Under the pieces are notes generated by a model. That model was not told where the DNA came from and made no database searches. It saw only the letters and a program-made list of their open reading frames with translations. Shown here one piece after another: positions 45,311-55,099 of a DNA stretch of 64,000 nt (position 1 is the first letter of the stretch; each line of letters begins with the position of its first letter). A program made the translations under genes and the position numbers. The stretch spans positions 62,001 to 126,000 of IMG/VR virus record IMGVR_UViG_3300026078_000017. One strand, given 5' to 3'.

Positions 45311-48300
45311 TCAGACGAACTGAATACCGCTATTTGTGATAATGAAATCGATAGCAATGAACTCAGCAGCGCGAACTGGAACCACCTTAATGGAGGCATT
45401 CATTCTGTTTGCCAAAACATCTTGGGAGGTGTTGTTACGTTCGTCACAGATGATTTCGAATCTCTCGATACCATCGCGGATTTGAACAGTTGACAAAATA
45501 GGCTTAACCAAGTCAACGAATCTCTGGCGAAGTGCCGGAGTAAGCTGTTCGAAGATAAGGCTATTACCAGCATTTACGATTTGTTGCTTAATGCTGATAA
45601 TCATTCTGTTCACGTTGATGCTCTGAAGGGCAGTTCCTGCCTGTTCAAGCGTCTGTTGGGAGAAGATTACAAATCCCTCATTTGGGAACTTGGTGATTGG
45701 GTTAATTCTAACTGCGTAAAGTCTTTCACGCTCAGGCTGGTTGACCTTGCTTGAGGTGTTGGTTACGAAGTCAAGGGCTGCACGATTGAAGCCGGCAGGC
45801 GCAAACCATGGGTAAGCTACCTTGTCGTTAAATCCGATTGCTGCAAGAGCAGCAACAGAAGCTGGAACCGTTACCTTGCGGTTGTTGTTGACAGTGTCTT
45901 CCAAAACGATATTTGGGAAATATGCAGCAACGAAGTTGTTGTCAACTGCACGAGACTCAAACATGTCTGCCGTTCTGTTATTGGAAGCGTATCTTGTGGT
46001 GTCACCATCGAAAATACGAATGGAGTTGGAGTCGTAGTAAGGAACGTCCATCAAGTACTCAGCCAAACCGTAGTTTTGTACTGCTGTACCAATGTAGTCC
46101 GTTACAAGAGGGTCTCTCTGACCTGGAACTGCCAAAATGTTGATGTTGCTTACGAATGGATCCGTAATAAGAGCACCTGCCACACGGTAAGATGCAACAG
46201 CGTTGTTCTTTCTGGATGTACCCGACTGATTTACTGCGAAACCGGTTGGGATATACGCAGAATTTGCGCCACCGCCAGTTTCGGCAGATGTACCCTTGTC
46301 GGTCATGCGTGCCTGCTCTTTGTCAAGGATGTTCAAACCATCAAAACCACCATAAAGAACTGTTGTGAACTTGGAGTAGTTTGAGAAACGGTTGAATGTC
46401 GTAGCGTCACCGTTCTGCAACAATGTTGCAAGAGTAATACGGTTCATGTACGTGTCGTTGATCTTGTAGTCACTTGGGTTTGGCTGACCATTTCTGATAT
46501 AAGCCGCTTCCTTCATGTGTTGGTCTGCGGATGCAGTCAAGTCTGTGATTGCAGCGTTACCAAAGGCAACTCTTGCAAGAGAGAACTTGTTATTGTTGAA
46601 TGCGTCTGCCTGAGAGCCCGTTACAAGCACGTCAAGCTTCTTGATACCAACGAACTGGGTGTATGCACCAACAAGGTGATTGATTTCGCCATTGACGTTG
46701 GTGTTCAACACGTCATTGTTATTTCTGGTAACCTTAACACCCCAGTAAAGGCGTGCGTCAGCAATTTCAGTTGGACCTGGTGTACCGATTGGACCGATTG
46801 CAGAAGTGATTGCACCACGAGTAACCTTAAATCTGAAAGGAAGTGGTGGAACGATTGCGCCAAGCAATCTTGCTTGTGTGGAACCAACCGTACCCGAGGC
46901 TGCCAATCTCGTAAGAGCTGGAATCGAGGAAGTTGTGTCCGTAAGAAGTGGGTTTGTGTCGATTGTGTTTACGCCACGGTAACCGAATGGAAGGCATTTT
47001 GCTGGAATGACCTTGTCTTCAACACCCTTGGACATGTTCACACGGATGTAGTTCGAACGGCTTGGGTACTTACCAGTCTTTACCAAACGACGGTCGTCTT
47101 CATTTTCAACGTCAAAGTTGAAGAAGACCTTTGTGTTACCAATGACACGACCAACATAGTTGTCCGAGTCTGGGTTAAGGTTGCAGTTGTTGAACTGTTC
47201 CAAAATCTGGATGTTTACGTCATCGTCATCAAACGAGCGAACCAACACTGCGAACGTTCCGTAAGGATTTTTTGGATCTGTGGATGCCTGTACGTTTGCA
47301 ACAGATGCCTTGATTTTGCTATTGCTGTATGCGCCATCATCCAAGCTTTCAATCTGGAAGAGGTCGTACTCTGCAAGACCGAAAGGCTGTGAAATGATCA
47401 TTGGGGTTGCTGGGGTTGTGAATCTTGTGTCGAAACGACCAAAGGCATTTCTGAATACAAGAGAAGTGTCACCAGACGTCTGAGACGTGTTGTCAGAACC
47501 GGATGCAATGCACACGGAAACAGAGCTTGTAACAACCGAAGCAATTTCGTTATCTACAGCGAAATCAGCATAAAGCAAGTGCTTTTCGGCACCAAACTTG
47601 ATTGGATCACGGTTGAAGACCTTAGCGAAATAATCCTTGGAACTTGGGTCAAAGGAAGCTGTGAAAATCTTGATGCCAGTGTTGCCATCGGCTGTACCGA
47701 AAGAACTACCGGCAGAACTCGAAATAACCACCTTAATCTTACCATTGGTATCTGGGGTTGCAAGGTCGTCAGTAAGATTTGAGAAAGACTGGTTGGTGTC
47801 GAGAATCATAATTCTCGTGTCGCTTGCAGCAAACAAAATACCACGAACCAAGTTTACTTCATTAGAAGAACCTGTCGTGAAGAAGGAACTGTTGTCAGAG
47901 AACATTGGGAAACCGGCGACTTCTGTGCCAGTTACAACGTGTCTTGCTGTGATGAACTGAACCGAGTGATTGTGACGATTGTCAACGCCAGGGTTTACCT
48001 GGGAACCACTAAGCTTGAAACCTGCGTTGAGTACAGTACCCTTTGTACGGGTTGCATCCATGTCTGAAGATGTTTCGTTTGCACCTGCACCCAAAGTACG
48101 GATGAAGGTAAGAGCAAACTTGTTCTTCAAAAAGAGATTAACACCGTATGGTGCTGGTAATTTGGAATCAAGCGTACCGAATTTCGTGTTGAAATCTGCG
48201 AAAGAACCAACTGTGGTTGGAACGAAAGCGGGACCTTTTTGGGAGGTTCCGATTACGCCAGCCGGGATACCAGTTGGACTCTGTACTTCGACAGTAAGAT

Positions 48301-48349
48301 CGATTTCTCTGTCGAAAAATCCGGGTGCTTTAAAGATTTGTTCTGCCAT
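45311..48349 (-). CDS. contractile tail sheath protein (copy 1)
   Basis: FKAPGFFDREIDLT, GVIGTSQKGPAFVP, PWFAPAGFNRA, INPITKFP, FEQL. Confidence 0.92.
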   Translation of the reverse strand: MAEQIFKAPGFFDREIDLTVEVQSPTGIPAGVIGTSQKGPAFVPTTVGSFADFNTKFGTLDSKLPAPYGVNLFLKNKFALTFIRTLGAGANETSSDMDATRTKGTVLNAGFKLSGSQVNPGVDNRHNHSVQFITARHVVTGTEVAGFPMFSDNSSFFTTGSSNEVNLVRGILFAASDTRIMILDTNQSFSNLTDDLATPDTNGKIKVVISSSAGSSFGTADGNTGIKIFTASFDPSSKDYFAKVFNRDPIKFGAEKHLLYADFAVDNEIASVVTSSVSVCIASGSDNTSQTSGDTSLVFRNAFGRFDTRFTTPATPMIISQPFGLAEYDLFQIESLDDGAYSNSKIKASVANVQASTDPKNPYGTFAVLVRSFDDDDVNIQILEQFNNCNLNPDSDNYVGRVIGNTKVFFNFDVENEDDRRLVKTGKYPSRSNYIRVNMSKGVEDKVIPAKCLPFGYRGVNTIDTNPLLTDTTSSIPALTRLAASGTVGSTQARLLGAIVPPLPFRFKVTRGAITSAIGPIGTPGPTEIADARLYWGVKVTRNNNDVLNTNVNGEINHLVGAYTQFVGIKKLDVLVTGSQADAFNNNKFSLARVAFGNAAITDLTASADQHMKEAAYIRNGQPNPSDYKINDTYMNRITLATLLQNGDATTFNRFSNYSKFTTVLYGGFDGLNILDKEQARMTDKGTSAETGGGANSAYIPTGFAVNQSGTSRKNNAVASYRVAGALITDPFVSNINILAVPGQRDPLVTDYIGTAVQNYGLAEYLMDVPYYDSNSIRIFDGDTTRYASNNRTADMFESRAVDNNFVAAYFPNIVLEDTVNNNRKVTVPASVAALAAIGFNDKVAYPWFAPAGFNRAALDFVTNTSSKVNQPERERLYAVRINPITKFPNEGFVIFSQQTLEQAGTALQSINVNRMIISIKQQIVNAGNSLIFEQLTPALRQRFVDLVKPILSTVQIRDGIERFEIICDERNNTSQDVLANRMNASIKVVPVRAAEFIAIDFIITNSGIQFV

Positions 48350-48378
48350 GCGCTTCCTCGTAGGATTTAAATATGATG

Positions 48379-48415
48379 AGGGGGCTACCCAACCTTTGGT
48401 TAATTAGAGCCCCTT
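48379..48415. other. intergenic stem-loop (terminator or processing site?) between two TANTTA motifs
   Basis: GGGGCT (48381-86) pairs with AGCCCC (48408-13); inner AACC-ttt-GGTT. Confidence 0.4.
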
Positions 48416-48435
48416 AAAGTGATTCCCAAATATTC

Positions 48436-49686
48436 TCACTTATCCTCCGACAATAGGAATTCTTGCAAAGTCGCTATATCTGAGGCCGAATACACAGTTT
48501 CTCCCTTTCGTTGATTTCGTTCAATCTTTTTGATATATTTTGTACACTTTTTGCCCGTAATTGGGTCAACAAAGGTCTTTTTGAATAAAAACTGTTGATT
48601 TGTTGTCGGAGCTTGTTTGGTAGCTGCTTCCTGATTTATGTCGCTCAGCAAGAATTTGCTGTCGTTGGGGTTGACAAGAGGAGGAACCGTCAAATCGCGG
48701 GGACTTAGAATGTCTCCTGTTGGGGCTTCATTGATTTCAAAGGAAATGGTTGGAGCACTTAGGTAACGTCTAATAGGCACTGGGTTAGCTGGTCCATTTG
48801 GGGCCAAAACGAATCCCTTTACCGTCATGGTAAAACTATAACGGATGATTCTTTCATTATTGGAAAAATCATCAAAATTGTCCTCCGAAGAAAGGGTGTC
48901 GTCTACATAACCCATAAACCAGTATCCCTTGTCGGTTCCAAGGCGGAACATTTTGCCCTGAGGTAAGAAGGAAGACATGAATGTCTCAATAAGGTAGTTC
49001 ATGTGCTGGTGATAGGAGGTCCAAAAGGTGATCTCATAGGTTGCCGTAAAGAACTGAGGTTGAGGGATTGTAAAAATCTCAAAGATGTTCTGTCCTAGGT
49101 GTGGAGACAACAAAGCTCCATTAAGAACATCATGGTCATTTGCTAGACCCTCAATTTTCTTTGTATCTGTGGATCTTGGTAGATCTGGGATATTTTTGAA
49201 GGCATATTTGTTCAAAAGACCCTGAAAGTCCTGATCTTCTGGAGCTAAACGACGCTTTATGACAAGATCTCCAGTAAACTGGTTCATACCACGAGCTGTG
49301 ATGTCATCATCCGTCTGTTGAATGCCAGTCCTACGGATAGAGATGGCAGGAAGTAACAAAACCTGATTTTTATCTCTTGGTGGGCGAAGCTTCTTGGCAA
49401 GAGCGAACTTTTCACCAGTTGCAAAGATTACTTGTGGCTTTTTAAGATAAATCGCCTCTTGTCCGCCACCATAGGTTTGAACAGAAAACTTGATAGTTTC
49501 ATTGAACAAGGCATGAAGTCCCTTGTCACAGTCCTCAATGCCACACGGAGGAATGGTGTAGGTCTCAGATGCAGCTCCACCGCCATCAGCATAACCGCTA
49601 GGTAGATTACCTAACGTTTCTCCTGGCTTAGGTTCAGGAATGTTATGACGTGTTATGTTAGTATCACGTGGTGGTGAAATCGGCAT
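48436..49686 (-). CDS. tail completion / sheath stabiliser (T4 gp15-like)
   Basis: LPAISIRRTGI, YEITFWT..HQHMNYLIE, RIIRYSFTMTVKG; between neck and sheath genes. Confidence 0.6.
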   Translation of the reverse strand: MPISPPRDTNITRHNIPEPKPGETLGNLPSGYADGGGAASETYTIPPCGIEDCDKGLHALFNETIKFSVQTYGGGQEAIYLKKPQVIFATGEKFALAKKLRPPRDKNQVLLLPAISIRRTGIQQTDDDITARGMNQFTGDLVIKRRLAPEDQDFQGLLNKYAFKNIPDLPRSTDTKKIEGLANDHDVLNGALLSPHLGQNIFEIFTIPQPQFFTATYEITFWTSYHQHMNYLIETFMSSFLPQGKMFRLGTDKGYWFMGYVDDTLSSEDNFDDFSNNERIIRYSFTMTVKGFVLAPNGPANPVPIRRYLSAPTISFEINEAPTGDILSPRDLTVPPLVNPNDSKFLLSDINQEAATKQAPTTNQQFLFKKTFVDPITGKKCTKYIKKIERNQRKGETVYSASDIATLQEFLLSEDK

Positions 49687-49704
49687 ACCTATAAATAGGT
49701 ACGC

Positions 49705-50631
49705 TTAGGCTCTTCGTGCTGGACGTGCCGTTTTCACTGAATCTTGTGGAGGTCTTGGAGCTGCTGGTTCTTGTGAGGCAGGCTGCTGTTGAGACTGTTG
49801 TCCAACCAAGCCCTGAGGTTCTTCTGGAGTCTGTGATTGACCTTCTGGTGGAGCTGTGTGATCCATGGCATGACCTGAAGGGGTGTAGTACTTACCAGAA
49901 ACCTCACGAGTAAATCCATAGTCAAGCAAGACAACTCGACCATCTGCGGTGTATCCGTAGTGACCAATGGTATTGTCATCGGCTGCATCAAATCTAGCAA
50001 CGTCACCCACAGACAAGCTTTCGCTGACCAACATCATCATGGTCTTAACGAAGGGACTTTGAGCAGCTTTCTGATATTGGTCTACTCTACGTTTTGTAAT
50101 CAAGTAGATTTGTTTACTTGCGTGTTCTGCTTCTATTTCTTCAAGTCTCTCCTGCCACTTGGCAAGGGTTGCCTTAAGGTAGGCATCTGGGTTGCTTTGA
50201 TCTTCAGCTTCATTCCATCCGCGAATGACATCCACGTAAGTAGTAAATGACAAACCTGTGAGTTGTTGAAACTGGTCTGCGGACCTGAGAGGGTTTGCAA
50301 TTTCTGACACAAGCCAGGAGAAGGCAGTTTTGTCCCAGTCAAAGATAGCAGTGACTACACCCTTTGTTCTTGGGTCTCTAAAAATGTCATACTCTGCACG
50401 GTTCTGTGCAAGACCAGCTTTATTGATGGCGATCTTGAGAACCTTGCCACCACTGAGAGCAAATACCGCTCTAGAAGAACCATAACCCATTTCTGGAAGG
50501 TTCTGTTTGGCATAGTCAATTCTTAGATTTGGAGAACCAAGGGTTTTGAACTGAGCAAAGTTGAACTTACGAAGAACTTCCGAAATGGCTTCTTCTGTGA
50601 GTTGTTCTACTAGTGTCTTTAAAATACTCAT
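49705..50631 (-). CDS. atypical protein-kinase-like protein (paralog 2)
   Basis: MGYGSSRAVF, KVLKIA, QNRAE, WLVSE, GHYGYTADG, LLDYG. Confidence 0.72.
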   Translation of the reverse strand: MSILKTLVEQLTEEAISEVLRKFNFAQFKTLGSPNLRIDYAKQNLPEMGYGSSRAVFALSGGKVLKIAINKAGLAQNRAEYDIFRDPRTKGVVTAIFDWDKTAFSWLVSEIANPLRSADQFQQLTGLSFTTYVDVIRGWNEAEDQSNPDAYLKATLAKWQERLEEIEAEHASKQIYLITKRRVDQYQKAAQSPFVKTMMMLVSESLSVGDVARFDAADDNTIGHYGYTADGRVVLLDYGFTREVSGKYYTPSGHAMDHTAPPEGQSQTPEEPQGLVGQQSQQQPASQEPAAPRPPQDSVKTARPARRA

Positions 50632-50637
50632 ACGTCC

Positions 50638-51438
50638 TCAGTAATGCTTTCTCATGACTTCCATGGTTGCACCGAAGTCGAGAATTCTAATCTGTCCATC
50701 TGCCGTTCTACCAAAATGATTTGGGAACAAGTCATGTGGATTTAACTTGTGGGTATACTTCATGTTGTCAACATCAATCCAAAACTTGTGAGACAGTGGG
50801 TCATTAAGCAAGTCTTGTAGTTGATGATATTTCTGTGTGTATTTTTGCAGAGTACTTTGGGCATGAGCAAGATCCCACTGAGAAGTGTTTGGATCTGCCT
50901 TGGCTTTATTCAACTTGAGTTCCCAGTTTCTGATGTCGATATCGTAAGTGTCAAGCCAACCCTCAACAGTTTCTGGAGTTTCCAATATTACAGTCATCCA
51001 AAACTTTGGATCTATGTGGGTGTATTTCTCAAACTCTTCCCACTGAATTTCCTTGACAAGTTCTGAAATGAGCCACTTATAGTCAGGACTATAGTCAAAG
51101 ATTCTTGTAACCAAGGAGTTATCCTTGTTGTGAGTGAAAATCTCAAGCTCAGCTTGATTTTGAGAAATGCCTGCTGGATTCAGAGCAACCTTAAGAACCT
51201 TGCTTGAACTCAAGGCAAATGCCACACGAGAAGAACCTCTACCAAGTTCTGGAAGAAACTTCTTGGCATAGACAATCTCTGGGTGTTCCTTGCCAAGCCA
51301 AGCAAAGTCTTCTTCTTCGGATCTGTTACTAGGACGAACGTCTCCAGCAGAAATTTGCTTAAAGGTATTCAAGTTGAAGCCTCTGAAGGCTTCAGCAATT
51401 AACTCGTGAATCAGGTTTTCTAAAATACTGACTTTCAT
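50638..51438 (-). CDS. atypical protein-kinase-like protein (paralog 3)
   Basis: LGRGSSRVAF, KVLKVA, QNQAE, WLISE, DLFPNHFGRTADG, ILDFG. Confidence 0.75.
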   Translation of the reverse strand: MKVSILENLIHELIAEAFRGFNLNTFKQISAGDVRPSNRSEEEDFAWLGKEHPEIVYAKKFLPELGRGSSRVAFALSSSKVLKVALNPAGISQNQAELEIFTHNKDNSLVTRIFDYSPDYKWLISELVKEIQWEEFEKYTHIDPKFWMTVILETPETVEGWLDTYDIDIRNWELKLNKAKADPNTSQWDLAHAQSTLQKYTQKYHQLQDLLNDPLSHKFWIDVDNMKYTHKLNPHDLFPNHFGRTADGQIRILDFGATMEVMRKHY

Positions 51439-52124
51439 TCATCCTCGTCATTGTAGAAGGAACTTGCCTTCTTGTCAGGGTCCACACTAACAACTCTTGG
51501 TCCTTCCCCAAGAGCGATTTCTGCCATGTCTTCCTTGAGACGCTCGTGCATTTGTCTGACGTCTCCAGTAGCGCCTTCCAAGGAGGTTTCACCCAAACCA
51601 CGTTGCTGTTCGAAGGTCTTTTGAACTTGTGTTTGTTCGTAGTTGCCCTTGGAATCCTTGTTTGGTGGGAAGAAGTTCTTTGGGTCGAACTGACCAAGAC
51701 GGGCTGGTTGTCCTAGAACCTTATAGCCAACTTCATACTCTTCCTGACCAAAGATGTTTCCAATAACCGTGAAAGAGGCAACTTCAAATGCCTGGTCGGC
51801 AAACGTAAAGAAGTCACCTTCATAAAGAGTGAATCCCTTGTCAATCAAGTCACGAGCCTGAATGAACACTTCAATCTGAGCCGTCTTTTCAAGACCGAAT
51901 CTATTGCTTTTGATTTCTGCCTGAGGCCAAGAAGCCAAAACCGGAATCTTGATTGGATTATCAAAAATCTTTTGTACTGCCTCTTCATACACGGGGTGAA
52001 TTCGAGTCTTCAGTGTGCTGACAGGATAATAGTTGATCGTCTGACCAACAACGTCCTTTACGAATTCCTTCGTAACGTCATTGATGAAGTGAATCTCACG
52101 TGATGTAATAAAGAGACGTGCCAT
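51435..52124 (-). CDS. neck / head-closure protein (T4 gp14-like)
   Basis: GQTINYYPVS..KTRIHPVYEEA, EGDFF; position in the head-tail junction block. Confidence 0.55.
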   Translation of the reverse strand: MARLFITSREIHFINDVTKEFVKDVVGQTINYYPVSTLKTRIHPVYEEAVQKIFDNPIKIPVLASWPQAEIKSNRFGLEKTAQIEVFIQARDLIDKGFTLYEGDFFTFADQAFEVASFTVIGNIFGQEEYEVGYKVLGQPARLGQFDPKNFFPPNKDSKGNYEQTQVQKTFEQQRGLGETSLEGATGDVRQMHERLKEDMAEIALGEGPRVVSVDPDKKASSFYNDEDE

Positions 52125-52385
52125 TTAGCGTAAATACCTTGCTCCCTTTTGAAGTATCTTGAGAGCCTTTCTAAAAAATACCTGTGCCTGTTGAAGTTCT
52201 GCGGTACGAATCTCCACTGCTTGCTTTTCAAGTCTTGACATCTTAGTTGTGTCTACAGGTGGAAGATTTGTTATTGTGTTTATGAGTCTGTCGACCTCTA
52301 ACTCGATTCTGTTGATCGACAACTTGACTTCATTATTTTCCTTCTTTGTCTTAGCGTACTTGTTTTCCAAAAATGACTTGAGCAT
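52125..52385 (-). CDS. hypothetical protein
   Basis: 86-aa ORF filling the gap between the neck genes. Confidence 0.6.
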   Translation of the reverse strand: MLKSFLENKYAKTKKENNEVKLSINRIELEVDRLINTITNLPPVDTTKMSRLEKQAVEIRTAELQQAQVFFRKALKILQKGARYLR

Positions 52386-52388
52386 GAT

Positions 52389-53657
52389 TTATCCCATTCT
52401 AATGATGTATGCCGGTGGCATTGGGAGATAGTTCATTTGTTTCTGAAGGCTTTCGGCCAAAGTTGCTTGTTGTTCGGCAAGGTTTGCATAGGTAAGTCCA
52501 TCCAAAGTTGCACGAAGTCCACCATCTCCATTAAGGAGACTATCCTTGTCTTCCCTTGCTTGTTCAATCAAATCATCACCATTTAAGGTAAGTTCGCCAG
52601 AAGGAATTGGGAAGTTCTTGAACTTGCTTCTGATCAAACCAAGAAGTTCCTTTGCAAGTGCAAGAGTGTACTCATAAATCCAGTTTCTCGACCAAGGGTT
52701 AAGAGACTTATAGTCAATCAAACCAAATGGAACGTTGGCAGGATTGGACACACCATAAATCGTTGCATCTGGGAAAGACTGGAACACGTTTATATTACCA
52801 AATGGCAAGGCAGACCCAGAGACAGAACCTGTAATCAACAACTCTGGAGCTGGAGACATTGGGTAGGAAATACGAATCCACAACTTGTCATTATAGCCAG
52901 GAACCATGTTACTTGGAACTGGTAAAATACGAATGTGACGACCAGAGATTCTGTAGGAGTAGTGAGAACGTCTCACGCGACCAGCAGCTTCCAACATACC
53001 TGCTCTAAGAACGTCCTCAAACAACGGAAGAACATAAAATCTGGTATCTGGGATGTAGGATTCAACTGGCAAACCCTGAGCAACAAAGTTACTTGCAAGG
53101 TTTGAGTTAAACACATACTGAAGTGGTGCAAAGTGGTACACCTCATGGATTTTCATTTTTCCGGCAGTTCCTGAGGGCATCAGGGCAGCAAGGGGAGTTC
53201 CTGAGTCATCCTTGAGTTCTGTGTAAAGGTCATAGTCCTGACGACCCATGTCAAGGGTAATGGAACCTGAGTAGGTGTCTTGAATGCCACCAAAGCCAAC
53301 CTCGGCAGCATATGGTTCAGCCTGACGAACAAGGAATTCTAGGGTAGGTCTGACGTAGGTGTTCGTAAGGTTAATACTGGAAAGATTGGTGTTTGTATTT
53401 AGGGAACCTGTAGGGGAACCCAAAAGGCTTGAAAGATTGCTTTTTGCCTGGTATTCTATCATCAAAGCATTGAAGTTCAGGGTAGCTTCTTCAAAACATG
53501 CCCATATTTCCTTTTTTGTGAGTTCAACCGACAAAACATCTTCACCAAGTTTTCTAAGGACGAAAACAACAACTTTATCAGCATCCACCTGGTATGCTGG
53601 GTCTGAGTCAAAGAAACCAAACGGGGTTGGTTTCAAAACGTTCATGAAGTTTGCCAT
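52389..53657 (-). CDS. neck / head-tail adaptor protein (T4 gp13-like)
   Basis: LSVELT...CFEEA, YTLALAKELLGLIRSKF...PIPSGELTLNGDDL. Confidence 0.7.
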   Translation of the reverse strand: MANFMNVLKPTPFGFFDSDPAYQVDADKVVVFVLRKLGEDVLSVELTKKEIWACFEEATLNFNALMIEYQAKSNLSSLLGSPTGSLNTNTNLSSINLTNTYVRPTLEFLVRQAEPYAAEVGFGGIQDTYSGSITLDMGRQDYDLYTELKDDSGTPLAALMPSGTAGKMKIHEVYHFAPLQYVFNSNLASNFVAQGLPVESYIPDTRFYVLPLFEDVLRAGMLEAAGRVRRSHYSYRISGRHIRILPVPSNMVPGYNDKLWIRISYPMSPAPELLITGSVSGSALPFGNINVFQSFPDATIYGVSNPANVPFGLIDYKSLNPWSRNWIYEYTLALAKELLGLIRSKFKNFPIPSGELTLNGDDLIEQAREDKDSLLNGDGGLRATLDGLTYANLAEQQATLAESLQKQMNYLPMPPAYIIRMG

Positions 53658-53687
53658 TATTGTGCTTCCTCGTACGAGGGTAATTAG

Positions 53688-54245
53688 ATGAATACACCAA
53701 GCATTATTACAAATAAGAAACTATGCGTTTTTGATTTTGACTTCACCCTTGTGGCTTCAGAAAAGCAGTATATCACTGTTTATCATGAAAATGGGGGACA
53801 AACAGTTCTGGACAGCTTCAACTGGTCAGAATATCAACAAAAACCAGGGGACAAGTTCGATTTCTCAGAATTTGACTACCTGAACAAACCCGAAAAGATT
53901 GAACAGCCTTGGAAGACCTTCCTGGACCGAATGTGGTCCAATGGGTATGACCACACCTATATCCTTACCGCCAGAGGCTCCACAGTGCCCCTAGAAAAAT
54001 ACTTTGATGACCATGGCATACGAGTACAGTGCGTAGGCATCGGAATCCCTCCTGGGGCGAATAACGGTCACTACAAGGCTAAGTGGATTGAAGATAAAAT
54101 CCAAGAGGGATTTTATGGTACCGTGGAGTTCTTTGACGACCGAGATGACTGTGTTACACATGTTGGTGAACTAGGTCAGAAATATCCACATGTTAAGTTC
54201 CACGTGTGGCAAGTGACAAATGGAGAAATGAATAAATGCTTTTAG
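53688..54245 (+). CDS. HAD-superfamily phosphatase ('Swiss Army Knife' RNA-repair HAD-like)
   Basis: VFDFDFTL (motif I), ILTARG (motif II), KAKWI, VEFFDDR (motif IV). Confidence 0.8.
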   Translation: MNTPSIITNKKLCVFDFDFTLVASEKQYITVYHENGGQTVLDSFNWSEYQQKPGDKFDFSEFDYLNKPEKIEQPWKTFLDRMWSNGYDHTYILTARGSTVPLEKYFDDHGIRVQCVGIGIPPGANNGHYKAKWIEDKIQEGFYGTVEFFDDRDDCVTHVGELGQKYPHVKFHVWQVTNGEMNKCF

Positions 54246-55099
54246 AAATCGCTGTTGGTGATGCTTATGGTGCCGGGTTTGAGTTCGCTTCCAAGGACAG
54301 ACTCAAAGAACTAAACAATGACCTGAAACAGTATTATCCACATAATCTGCCTGGTCATTTACCACCTGGCTCTTATACAGATGACACCCAAATGTCAATT
54401 GCCATTTCTGAGATGATTTTGAATGACACTCCCTGGACCGTCGAAAATCTGGCACAGAAGTTTGTTGAGGTCTACAAGAGAGACCCAAGAAATGGGTATT
54501 CCCGTAAGTTTCAAGAAATCCTTGACAAGATTACCACAGGTGACGAACTGAGAGAGAAGATTATTGCTAACTCAACTGCCTGTGGGTCTGCCATGAGAGC
54601 TGTGCCAATCGGACTTCTCAAGTACGAACAAGAAATTATGGAAAAGGCTCATATTCAGGCAAGCATCACACATAACACAACAGATGGTATCATGTGTGCA
54701 AAGGCTGTGGCTCTTGCGGCACACTATGCAAGAACGTATCAACAGTGTAGCATTAATTCCTACCTCAACTGGCACCTCAAGTCTGAAATAGACTGGACAG
54801 GGTGGGAACCTGGCACTTACGTAACGTCAGCAGGCATGCCAGTAGTTCGGGCTGCTATTTCTGCCTGGAAACGCAACACAAAAATGTCGGATATTCTTAA
54901 GCAGTGTGTTGCTTATGAGGGTGACGTAGATTCGGTCAGTGCAATTGCTCTTGGCATTGCCAGCCTAGACAAGAAAGTAGAAAAAGACCTACCCGCCGTC
55001 CTCGTGGATAACCTTGAGAACAACGGGTTTGGTCGAGACTACTTGATTGAACTTGACAGGAAGCTTCTTACTCTTCCACGACTTCAAGATGCTGGTTGA
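54236..55099 (+). CDS. ADP-ribosylglycohydrolase (DraG/ARH family)
   Basis: IAVGDAYGAG, YTDDTQM, GSAMRA, ITHN, GDVDSVSAIA. Confidence 0.92.
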   Translation: MLLEIAVGDAYGAGFEFASKDRLKELNNDLKQYYPHNLPGHLPPGSYTDDTQMSIAISEMILNDTPWTVENLAQKFVEVYKRDPRNGYSRKFQEILDKITTGDELREKIIANSTACGSAMRAVPIGLLKYEQEIMEKAHIQASITHNTTDGIMCAKAVALAAHYARTYQQCSINSYLNWHLKSEIDWTGWEPGTYVTSAGMPVVRAAISAWKRNTKMSDILKQCVAYEGDVDSVSAIALGIASLDKKVEKDLPAVLVDNLENNGFGRDYLIELDRKLLTLPRLQDAG

